The notes under the pieces: generated by a model
Databases searched by the model: none
What the model was told of the DNA's origin: nothing
Seen by the model: only the letters and a program-made list of their open reading frames with translations
Translations under genes and position numbers: made by a program
Shown here: one piece after another, positions 29,447-36,358 of the stretch
Position numbering within the stretch: position 1 is the stretch's first letter
How the letters are laid out: every line of letters begins with the position of its first letter
Assembly (NCBI GenBank): GCA_045594785.1
Contig: JAZNZE010000054.1
Location: 52,091 to 116,090, forward strand
Direction: 5' to 3'
Length of the DNA: 64,000 nt
Origin: Eubacteriales bacterium
GTDB taxonomy: Bacteria; Bacillota; Clostridia; Oscillospirales; CAG-272

Positions 29447-30445
29447 GTGATTTTGTTGGCAAATATCAAAGAATACAGAAACATATACAAATACGTTCTC
29501 GATTCTCTCGATAAAGGCAAGCTCTCAAGAAGAGAATTGATTTTTTCGGTTATTGACGCTTTTAATCTTACCGATTACGAGCGTCTTGACGACAGTATGA
29601 ACGGAAGGCTAAACGTTTTGCGCAGCCGTATCGGACTTGTTATAAGCGATATGGAAGCTAAAAATATAATAGAAAAAGAGCCTTCCGGCTTCTACTTCAG
29701 GGCAGAAGAAAAAGAAATTGCAATAAGAATAGAAGAATGCGAAAGAGAAATTCTGGATATTCTTAAAGCAGAGCCAAGGACAAAATATCAGATAAAGGAT
29801 TCTCTTATAACCTTTTTCGGCACTGACACCACCGCGTCCGTAAGAGATGACAATAAGCTTTTTACTTATATGGGACAGATTCTGAAAAGGCTTGTCGGAG
29901 AAGGTATACTTGATTTTGACGGCTCGGTTTATTCTCTTGCCCCTGAGAAAAGCGCATATATAAAGGACAGGCGAGAGGTCTTACGATTAAAAGCAACCTT
30001 TCTCTCAAAGCTTCACTCAAGAGGCGGTGAGTTCTTTGAGCACTATTTTATGAATCTTATAGCTAAATATCTTGCTCTAAAGGGAAAGCAGGTTATTGAG
30101 AGCCACGTTACAGGAGGCTCCGATGACGGCGGAATTGACGGCATCGTCCGTACGATTGATTCTCTCGGTTTTAGAGAATTGATCATGGTTCAGACTAAAA
30201 ACAGAATCGACATTTCAACCGAAACCGATATAAGAGGCTTCTACGGCGCGGTTTGCGCGAAGCAAGGAAGCAGAGGAATTTTTGCAACGTCCTCGGATTT
30301 TCACCCGATGGCAACAAAATTTCTTGACTCAATCGACAACTGCGTAGGCATCAACGGAGATAAGATATTCGCAATGGCATCAGAAACCGGGTACGGTATA
30401 AAAAGTGACGGCACAAAGCTTCTCATAGATAACGAAATAATTTGA
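29447..30445 (+). CDS. Mrr-like restriction endonuclease domain protein with N-terminal winged-helix-like region
   Basis: The C-terminal part FFEHYFMNLIAKYL...VTGGSDDGGIDGIV...IMVQTKN...GIFATSSDF fits the Mrr_cat PD-(D/E)xK pattern. The GTG/TTG start is uncertain. Confidence 0.75.
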   Translation: MILLANIKEYRNIYKYVLDSLDKGKLSRRELIFSVIDAFNLTDYERLDDSMNGRLNVLRSRIGLVISDMEAKNIIEKEPSGFYFRAEEKEIAIRIEECEREILDILKAEPRTKYQIKDSLITFFGTDTTASVRDDNKLFTYMGQILKRLVGEGILDFDGSVYSLAPEKSAYIKDRREVLRLKATFLSKLHSRGGEFFEHYFMNLIAKYLALKGKQVIESHVTGGSDDGGIDGIVRTIDSLGFRELIMVQTKNRIDISTETDIRGFYGAVCAKQGSRGIFATSSDFHPMATKFLDSIDNCVGINGDKIFAMASETGYGIKSDGTKLLIDNEII

Positions 30446-30458
30446 ACGGGAGAACATT

Positions 30459-30956
30459 ATGACAGCAGAACAGGCTAAACAAATTATAACAGAAACAGTT
30501 CTGGAGCAGGCAGAGATTTGCAAAGCGAAAGGACTTATTGCCGCAGGAAAATCTTATTACAGCGACAAGACTCTGAGAGAATGCACGGAGTTTAACGAGG
30601 ATATAATTCTTGTTTTCGGTGCTATCAAACTTGGAACTTCCGATATGGACGAGGAGGACTACTGCACGTACGGTCTCTGCTGCGAAACCAAGGTTGGCAA
30701 GGTTGACGATGCTGAGCTTGAAAAGGAAATAACAGATTTCAAAAATGACGTGGCGAAAATTCTGGAAGAAATTTCCGATGCCCCCTCCCCCGCCGACAAG
30801 ATACGTGAAATCAATCTGCGCCAGGAGGAAGAATCGCAGAAGGCCATGCAGGAATTTAATCTTGAAATGAAAAAAATGAAGCTTAAGCTCTACGGAGGAC
30901 TTGGAATATTTGCCGTCATTGCCGCCGCGCTTATTATAGTAGGGTTTATACTCTGA
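30459..30956 (+). CDS. Hypothetical tail-anchored protein (acidic, C-terminal TM)
   Basis: GGGAG RBS and C-terminal segment LYGGLGIFAVIAAALIIVGFIL. No recognisable domain. Confidence 0.55.
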   Translation: MTAEQAKQIITETVLEQAEICKAKGLIAAGKSYYSDKTLRECTEFNEDIILVFGAIKLGTSDMDEEDYCTYGLCCETKVGKVDDAELEKEITDFKNDVAKILEEISDAPSPADKIREINLRQEEESQKAMQEFNLEMKKMKLKLYGGLGIFAVIAAALIIVGFIL

Positions 30957-30957
30957 T

Positions 30958-31161
30958 ATGGATTTTTCAAAATACGGCCCGAAAAGGCAGGCAAGCTGCG
31001 ACACCTGCGAGTTTTATCAGTATGACGAATACACCGATTCATATACCTGCACTATGAATCTTGACGAGGACGAAATGGTAAGCTTTCTTTCTCACTCAAC
31101 AAACAGCTGCCATTATTACCGCTTTTACGATGAATATAAAAGCGTGCATAGACAAATTTAA
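30958..31161 (+). CDS. Small Cys-rich protein (CxxC ... C ... CH, zinc-ribbon-like), 67 aa
   Basis: SCDTCEFYQYDEYTDSYTCTMNLDEDE...NSCHYYRFYDEYK. Its ATG lies 1 nt after the upstream stop. It resembles small conserved clostridial proteins I recall, but I cannot name the family with certainty. Confidence 0.5.
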   Translation: MDFSKYGPKRQASCDTCEFYQYDEYTDSYTCTMNLDEDEMVSFLSHSTNSCHYYRFYDEYKSVHRQI

Positions 31162-31270
31162 ACAACTCAGAGCGGGCTTAGCTTTTATAGCTGGCTCGCC
31201 TTCTTTTTTTGCATTTTACATAGATTTTTTGATTGTTTTTAAGTATTTCGCACAAAAATTTTTATTTTTA

Positions 31271-31320
31271 GCAAACGAGAAAACAAGAGAAAATGAGAGA
31301 AAACGAGAGAAAACGAGAGA
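31271..31320. repeat. Five tandem 10-bp units (GxAAACxAGA) giving phased A-tracts upstream of the rplM promoter
   Basis: gcaaacgaga aaacaagaga aaatgagaga aaacgagaga aaacgagaga, ending 46 bp upstream of the -35. Confidence 0.8.
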
Positions 31321-31366
31321 TTTGATTTTCTAAATCATTTTTTCGAAATTTTTTTGTTAAAAAGTG

Positions 31367-31395
31367 TTGACAAGAAGTCTTTTATATGCTATAAT
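31367..31395 (+). promoter_or_regulatory. Consensus sigma-A promoter of rplM-rpsI
   Basis: TTGACA (31367-31372), 17-bp spacer, TATAAT (31390-31395). Confidence 0.8.
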
Positions 31396-31451
31396 CTAAA
31401 GGCTTGAAAAAAGATGCGTTTTTACGCTAAATCAATTTGGAGGAAATCAAA

Positions 31452-31877
31452 ATGTCCACTTTTATGGCAAACAAGGAAACCATCGAGCGCAGATGGTTCG
31501 TTATTGATGCCGCTGGTCAGCCTCTTGGCAGAACCGCTGTTAAGGCTGCTACCATTCTTCGCGGCAAGCATCGCCCTGAGTTTACCCCCCATGCTGACTG
31601 CGGTGAGTTCGTTATCATCGTAAACGCAAGCAAGGCTATTCTCACCGGCAAGAAGCTTGAACAGAAATTTTACCGTCATCACTCCGGCTACATCGGCGGT
31701 CTCAAGGAAGTAAGCTACAAGAAGCTTATGGCTGAGCGTCCCGAAATGGCTATGGAGCTTGCAGTTAAGGGTATGCTTCCCCACAACTCTCTCGGTGACA
31801 AGGCTTTCACTCGTCTTCACGTTTATGCAGGCGAAAATCACGAGCAGGCTGCTCAGAAGCCTATCGTACTTGACTAA
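31452..31877 (+). CDS. rplM: 50S ribosomal protein uL13
   Basis: [40 protein letters not shown]... GGAGG lies 8 nt upstream of ATG 31452; the track's TTG start at 31437 overlaps that RBS. Confidence 0.95.
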   Translation: MSTFMANKETIERRWFVIDAAGQPLGRTAVKAATILRGKHRPEFTPHADCGEFVIIVNASKAILTGKKLEQKFYRHHSGYIGGLKEVSYKKLMAERPEMAMELAVKGMLPHNSLGDKAFTRLHVYAGENHEQAAQKPIVLD

Positions 31878-31894
31878 TAGGGAGGAAATGTAGA

Positions 31895-32296
31895 ATGTAT
31901 ACCAGTGCTAAACCTTATTTCTACGGAACAGGTAGAAGAAAGAAGTCCGTTGCAAGAGTTCGCCTTTACCCCGGTACCGGCGTTATCACCATCAACGGCA
32001 GAGATATTGACGATTACTTTGGTCTTGCGACCCTCAAGCTCATCGTTAACCAGCCCTTCGGTGTTACCGAAACCGTTGGTAAGTTTGACATCGTTGCAAA
32101 CGTTAACGGCGGCGGTTTCTCCGGTCAGGCAGGCGCTATCCGCCACGGTGTAGCTCGTGCTCTCCTTACTGCTGACGAAAACTATAAGCCCCTTCTTAAG
32201 AAGGCAGGTCTTCTTACTCGTGACCCTCGTATGAAGGAAAGAAAGAAGTACGGACTCAAGGCTGCTCGTCGTGCACCTCAGTTCTCGAAGAGATAA
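31895..32296 (+). CDS. rpsI: 30S ribosomal protein uS9
   Basis: [15 protein letters not shown]...[19 protein letters not shown]...[16 protein letters not shown]. Confidence 0.95.
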   Translation: MYTSAKPYFYGTGRRKKSVARVRLYPGTGVITINGRDIDDYFGLATLKLIVNQPFGVTETVGKFDIVANVNGGGFSGQAGAIRHGVARALLTADENYKPLLKKAGLLTRDPRMKERKKYGLKAARRAPQFSKR

Positions 32297-32310
32297 TTTT
32301 CTCAAATACA

Positions 32311-32346
32311 AAGTCCCGAAAGCACTGGGTTTTCGGGACTTTTCTT
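32311..32346 (+). terminator. Rho-independent terminator of rplM-rpsI
   Basis: AAGTCCCGAAA-loop-TTTCGGGACTT followed by TTCTT. Confidence 0.8.
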
Positions 32347-32351
32347 ATGCC

Positions 32352-32373
32352 GTTTGCCGCAAATTTGCCGCAA
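32352..32373 (+). repeat. 22-bp direct repeat, left copy (GTTTGCCGCAAATTTGCCGCAA)
   Basis: 19 of 22 positions identical to 33606-33627. Together they bracket exactly the XRE + lipoprotein + hypothetical gene block. Confidence 0.7.
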
Positions 32374-32381
32374 GCGGCGTT

Positions 32382-32615
32382 TTATTCATCAAACAAAAGG
32401 AATTTATATGCCGGCGTATTCAACACTTTTGCAATTTCAAACAGGGTATCAAGAGATATTGCCTTGTTAATATTGGGCGCTTCAACGTGACCGATAAAAG
32501 CAGGGGTGCGGTTTATCTTTTCTGCCAGCTGCTCCTGTGTTAATCCACGCAATTTACGATAATATGCAATCTTTAAACCGAGCTGCATATACTCGGATTC
32601 ATACTGTAAATTCAT
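32382..32615 (-). CDS. XRE-family helix-turn-helix transcriptional regulator (77 aa)
   Basis: LGLKIAYYRKLRGLTQEQLAEKINRTPAFIGHVE is a classic Cro/C1-type HTH. GAGGTGGAG RBS. Confidence 0.85.
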   Translation of the reverse strand: MNLQYESEYMQLGLKIAYYRKLRGLTQEQLAEKINRTPAFIGHVEAPNINKAISLDTLFEIAKVLNTPAYKFLLFDE

Positions 32616-32658
32616 AGCTCCACCTCACTAATAATATTTTACCAAATTTTAAAAACTA

Positions 32659-32687
32659 TTGACAGGAGCTAAAAAATATGATATACT
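32659..32687 (+). promoter_or_regulatory. Promoter of the 32761 lipoprotein gene, divergent from the XRE gene
   Basis: TTGACA (32659-32664), 17-bp spacer, TATACT (32682-32687). An imperfect palindrome ATGAAACA-T-TGCTTGAT lies at 32699-32715. Confidence 0.6.
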
Positions 32688-32760
32688 ATCTAACAGATAT
32701 GAAACATTGCTTGATAGTTAAGTTTGAGCATTTGCTTCATCAGGAGGGTTAGTTCCAAAA

Positions 32761-33147
32761 ATGAATAACAAATTTAAATTGTTAATATCGTTTCTTTTAT
32801 GCACATTGACATCAATGTTCTTGTTTTCTTGTAATCGTCCAATCGAACGCTCCGAATATTCAAATCGCGAATTGATTTACGAAGAAACGCAATCGGTGAT
32901 AATGGACAATCTATTATCTCCTACGTCTGCTGTATTTCCAGACTTTGAAAGTTCGTTTGTAAGCGATAACGAGGAAGAAATCGTTTATGAGGAAATAACA
33001 TATCACACATACACGGTTACAGCATATGTGGACAGCCACAATGCTTTCGGCACAATGGTAAGACAGAAATATCAAGTAATAATAGGCATTCCTGTTAATG
33101 CGGAAAATTCAGGTTCGATATATTACGAAATAATATACTTAGAGTAA
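32761..33147 (+). CDS. Hypothetical lipoprotein (128 aa)
   Basis: The signal/lipobox-like N-terminus LLISFLLCTLTSMFLFSCNRP has a Cys after LFS. Confidence 0.55.
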   Translation: MNNKFKLLISFLLCTLTSMFLFSCNRPIERSEYSNRELIYEETQSVIMDNLLSPTSAVFPDFESSFVSDNEEEIVYEEITYHTYTVTAYVDSHNAFGTMVRQKYQVIIGIPVNAENSGSIYYEIIYLE

Positions 33148-33217
33148 CTTTTTAAAAAAATTTAGAAATCAAATTAATTTATACCAGTAAAAAATAAAAA
33201 TATAATAGAGGTGTAAA

Positions 33218-33601
33218 ATGGGACTTTTTAGTAAACTTGGCGATGCAGCGGTTGAAGGTGTAACAAAAGCAGAAACTATTAGAATATCGTACGATGCACT
33301 TTCCAAAATAGTAATTGATGCCTTTGTTACCGGAGCTGATGATGCTTATTTGGCGAAAGTGTTAAAAACCGCAAAAGGTGGATTTGCAATCCCCAAAGAG
33401 ATGAAATCTCAAAATGAAAGATATGATTTTCACGTCGGTGCAAGACCCAATGGATGTGTATGGTTAAGTAGCAAACCAGTATGGGTATTAGACCACGAAA
33501 CCAATAAATTTTATCAGCTTGACAAGGACTTGAAATGGAAAAAATTCTACAAAGCAATACAATCCGCAATTCAATTGGAAAAAATCAACAGGAACAGATA
33601 A
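33218..33601 (+). CDS. Hypothetical protein (127 aa)
   Basis: GAGGTG RBS 5 nt upstream of the ATG. No recognisable domain. Confidence 0.5.
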   Translation: MGLFSKLGDAAVEGVTKAETIRISYDALSKIVIDAFVTGADDAYLAKVLKTAKGGFAIPKEMKSQNERYDFHVGARPNGCVWLSSKPVWVLDHETNKFYQLDKDLKWKKFYKAIQSAIQLEKINRNR

Positions 33602-33605
33602 TTTG

Positions 33606-33627
33606 TTTTGCCGTAAATCTGCCGCAA
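33606..33627 (+). repeat. 22-bp direct repeat, right copy (TTTTGCCGTAAATCTGCCGCAA)
   Basis: See 32352-32373. Confidence 0.7.
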
Positions 33628-33753
33628 TATAATTTCGGACAAAAAAAGAAAACACAGACATTACAGACGGTTTTGAATGTAAAATCTGCGTTTTTAACGC
33701 GATTTATGATGTTTTCGGCAATTTTGGCATAATCCTATTGGTAGACTTCAAAG

Positions 33754-33769
33754 CTCGAAGAGATAATTT
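33754..33769 (+). other. Orphan copy of the last 16 nt of the rpsI region (CTCGAAGAGATAATTT)
   Basis: Identical to 32284-32299, which covers the SKR codons, the stop and three following nt of rpsI. Confidence 0.7.
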
Positions 33770-33786
33770 CGATTTTATCGAAATCC

Positions 33787-33820
33787 AAAAAGCACTTTGC
33801 TTCGGCAACGTGCTTTTTTT
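33787..33820. terminator. Bidirectional hairpin between the two orphan rpsI 3'-end fragments
   Basis: AAAA-AGCAC-T-TTGC-TTCG-GCAA-C-GTGCT-TTTTTT. Confidence 0.6.
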
Positions 33821-33842
33821 ATCTCTTGCTGAACTGAGGTGC
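33819..33842 (-). pseudogene. Inverted orphan fragment encoding the uS9 C-terminus APQFSKR-stop
   Basis: The minus strand reads GCACCTCAGTTCAGCAAGAGATAA, against rpsI GCACCTCAGTTCTCGAAGAGATAA. They differ only at the Ser codon (AGC vs TCG), which is synonymous. Confidence 0.6.
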
Positions 33843-33844
33843 AA

Positions 33845-34018
33845 ATGAAGCACACCTGCGGTATATGAAAAACGAAGCCGCAACTGCGTTGCTATGAAGC
33901 GTGCCTGTGGCACACGGAGAAGTTAGCGTGCGCTTCGCTTCACAGGAGTCGCAAGACTTCTGCTTCATAAAAAAGCCGTGAGGCTTATGCTTCATATTCG
34001 CGTCAACGAATGCTTCAT
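33845..34018. repeat. Cluster of the 8-mer ATGAAGCA / TGCTTCAT in inverted arrangement
   Basis: ATGAAGCA at 33845-33852 and ATGAAGCG at 33894-33901. TGCTTCAT at 33961-33968, 33988-33995 and 34011-34018. A further TGCTTCAT lies at 32733-32740. Confidence 0.7.
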
Positions 34019-34215
34019 TACTCTTCCCTGCCATTTCCGAGCACCTCGGTCATTGCAATACCGAAATCACCTCTAATCTTGCGTTCACATCTTCAAAGAA
34101 TACAAACCAAAAATGGCGGTTCAACTATATATTGAACCGTCCTATTTACTTTTTGATATTTTTATGGTACAATCTAACTAATCGATAAGATTGAATTTGA
34201 CAAAGGAGCGATTGT

Positions 34216-34734
34216 ATGAAAAAATTGATAGCAGTAGCTTTATTATTGGTTTTTGTGCTATCTATACTAGGGTGCAATACACAAGAACCTAACGAGAGCA
34301 CTGGTGCTATTGTCGAAGATTTTTCTTTTGCTCTTACTTGGGGTGTTTACGGCATCAGTTCATATGACAGCCAAACCGGTAGGTTGGTAAAAACCACCGA
34401 TGCGATTAATCCGGAAGATTACGTTACCTATTACCAACTTACAAGCAAAGACAAAGAGAATATATACAATTTGCTTATGGCTTTGGACGTGAACTCTTAC
34501 CCTGACGTATATGACCCTCAAAACGGACTATCCGAACCTAGCGCGACACTGATTTTAACAGTACGTATGAATGGTGAAACAAAAACGATTAAGGCTGAAG
34601 ATATTTCACTTTTCTTCGTTTCAAAGAACGAAAAGGGACAGTTATTTCTTGACACTTGCGACTCTATAAGTAATATACTTAAGGCAACAAAAGAATGGAA
34701 GGCCTTGCCCGATTATGAAAACTTCTATGAGTAA
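34216..34734 (+). CDS. Hypothetical lipoprotein (172 aa)
   Basis: MKKLIAVALLLVFVLSILGCNTQ is a lipobox (LGC). AAGGAG RBS. Confidence 0.65.
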   Translation: MKKLIAVALLLVFVLSILGCNTQEPNESTGAIVEDFSFALTWGVYGISSYDSQTGRLVKTTDAINPEDYVTYYQLTSKDKENIYNLLMALDVNSYPDVYDPQNGLSEPSATLILTVRMNGETKTIKAEDISLFFVSKNEKGQLFLDTCDSISNILKATKEWKALPDYENFYE

Positions 34735-34784
34735 TCTCATCGACAAACCCGAATTTATTTAACTGACAAGATAGGAACATACTA

Positions 34785-35189
34785 ATGATTACACTACTCA
34801 TTCAGATGCTGCTTTGGATATGGTTTTTAGGCTGCACTACGACATATCGTATTGGCAAGTTTCTTCTGGTAGAGGGAATGGGTATCAAAAGCGCAGAGTT
34901 CATCGTACTTTGCTTATACAGCATCAGTCTTGCTTCTTACCATTTCTTTCAGCCGGTCGGGAAATGGATTCTCTTCGCTATATTGACACTTTGGTTCATT
35001 GTGCAGTTTTTCTGCCACTGGTACTATACTATCTTCGGCGCAAGCGAAAAAAAGATAAAAGGATATAATGAATGCTTCAGAGATTCGATTCGCATTTTCC
35101 CGATGAGTGAGACACGATTGATTCCGGATTTCTATCACGTTATTCTCCATATTCTAATTGTAACAAATATTGTCTTTTGTCTCTTGTAA
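34785..35189 (+). CDS. Hypothetical integral membrane protein (134 aa)
   Basis: Four hydrophobic segments and no recognisable domain. Confidence 0.45.
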   Translation: MITLLIQMLLWIWFLGCTTTYRIGKFLLVEGMGIKSAEFIVLCLYSISLASYHFFQPVGKWILFAILTLWFIVQFFCHWYYTIFGASEKKIKGYNECFRDSIRIFPMSETRLIPDFYHVILHILIVTNIVFCLL

Positions 35190-35280
35190 AGACCGATTTC
35201 AATTTGTCGAACAGAACAGCGTTTATATTCGAAAGAATTATAACGACTACCGGATTAACAATAATTTACAGGTGCAGTTT

Positions 35281-35724
35281 ATGAAAATTCTTGAGGTCAG
35301 AGAAAACAAAAAACAATATCTGGATTTACTCCTTTTGGCTGACGAGCAGGAGAATATGATTGACCGCTATCTTGACAGGGGCAAGATGTACGTGCTTTGC
35401 GATGGCGGTGTGAAGTGCGAATGTGTTGTGACAGATGAAGGAAACGGTATACTTGAAATTAAAAACATTGCAACAGTTCCCGAGTTTCAGGGAAAAGGTT
35501 ATGCAAAAGCATTAATTAATTTTCTTATCAAAGAATATCGGGGACAATATTCGGTTTTGCAGGTAGGAACAGGCGACAGCCCTTTAACTATACCGTTTTA
35601 TGAAAAATGCGGATTTATTCGCTCTCATATCCTGCCGAATTTTTTCACCGAAAACTACGAGCACCCGATATATGAGGGCGGTGTGCAGCTTGTGGATATG
35701 ATATATTTACAAAAACTTTTATAA
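35281..35724 (+). CDS. GNAT family N-acetyltransferase
   Basis: IATVPEFQGKGYAKALINFLI is the acetyl-CoA binding motif (Q/RxxGxG/A). Start trimmed to ATG 35281, with AGGTG upstream. Confidence 0.8.
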   Translation: MKILEVRENKKQYLDLLLLADEQENMIDRYLDRGKMYVLCDGGVKCECVVTDEGNGILEIKNIATVPEFQGKGYAKALINFLIKEYRGQYSVLQVGTGDSPLTIPFYEKCGFIRSHILPNFFTENYEHPIYEGGVQLVDMIYLQKLL

Positions 35725-35791
35725 AACAAATTTCATTTTTGGAATAGCTTAAATGCCATATTTTATCCTGCATAAAAGCGGAGGTGATAAT

Positions 35792-36130
35792 TTGCAATTT
35801 TATTTTATACCTATATTAGTGATGTTTATCCTGATATTTATAGTATTGCGAAAAAACAAACTCGTTATTTTAAAGAACCTTATAAAAAGAAGACAAACGG
35901 AGGACAAAACGCAAATGATTGAGCTTGCAAAAAGATTTATCGATAAGGAATGCCTTGTCTATTCTTTCGATGGACACCAGTTTGAAGGCATTATTAAGGA
36001 GGTCAGCGAAGGTGCTCTTCTTATAGAAAGAAACAGCTCCATGGAAGCAATAAATCTCGATTTCGTTACCAGAATCAGAGAATATCCCAGAAATAAAAAA
36101 GGAAAGAAAAAATCATTAGTTCTTGACTAA
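35792..36130 (+). CDS. Hypothetical small protein with N-terminal TM helix
   Basis: A TTG at 35792 lies 5 nt after GGAGGTG (35780-35786). The track's ATG at 35753 has no RBS. Start choice is uncertain. Confidence 0.45.
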   Translation: MQFYFIPILVMFILIFIVLRKNKLVILKNLIKRRQTEDKTQMIELAKRFIDKECLVYSFDGHQFEGIIKEVSEGALLIERNSSMEAINLDFVTRIREYPRNKKGKKKSLVLD

Positions 36131-36185
36131 AAGCTGCAAATTCTCTCAAAATGACTATTTATATTTACAAAACCAGAACAAATTG

Positions 36186-36210
36186 AACCAAAATCGAATT
36201 TTTTGGTTTT
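36186..36210 (+). terminator. Possible rho-independent terminator
   Basis: AACCAAAA-loop-TTTTGGTT followed by TT. The T-tail is weak. Confidence 0.4.
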
Positions 36211-36291
36211 AAAATTGCTATTTATGATACAACAAGAATTATATATAAAATCACTGCTTAATGTTTCCTTTTTATTTTTTACGTGTATACA

Positions 36292-36320
36292 TTGACAAAT
36301 ATAAGCCAAAGTGTTAAAAT
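36292..36320 (+). promoter_or_regulatory. Extended -10 promoter of the AEC transporter gene
   Basis: TTGACA (36292-36297), 17-bp spacer ending in TGT, TAAAAT (36315-36320). Confidence 0.6.
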
Positions 36321-36358
36321 AGTCATTGCTTATTAAATCCTTTCATTTGGAGAAGAAT

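Noticed and set aside
31396-31451. Structured rplM (L13) leader RNA
   Set aside because: Only a 4-bp GCGT/ACGC hairpin is visible in the 56-nt leader. That is too weak to call without a covariance-model search.
33819-34034. 71-aa ORF ending in APQFSKR
   Set aside because: Only the last seven residues match uS9, the rest is unrelated, and there is no RBS. I treat the terminal 24 nt as a gene-end remnant rather than calling a CDS.
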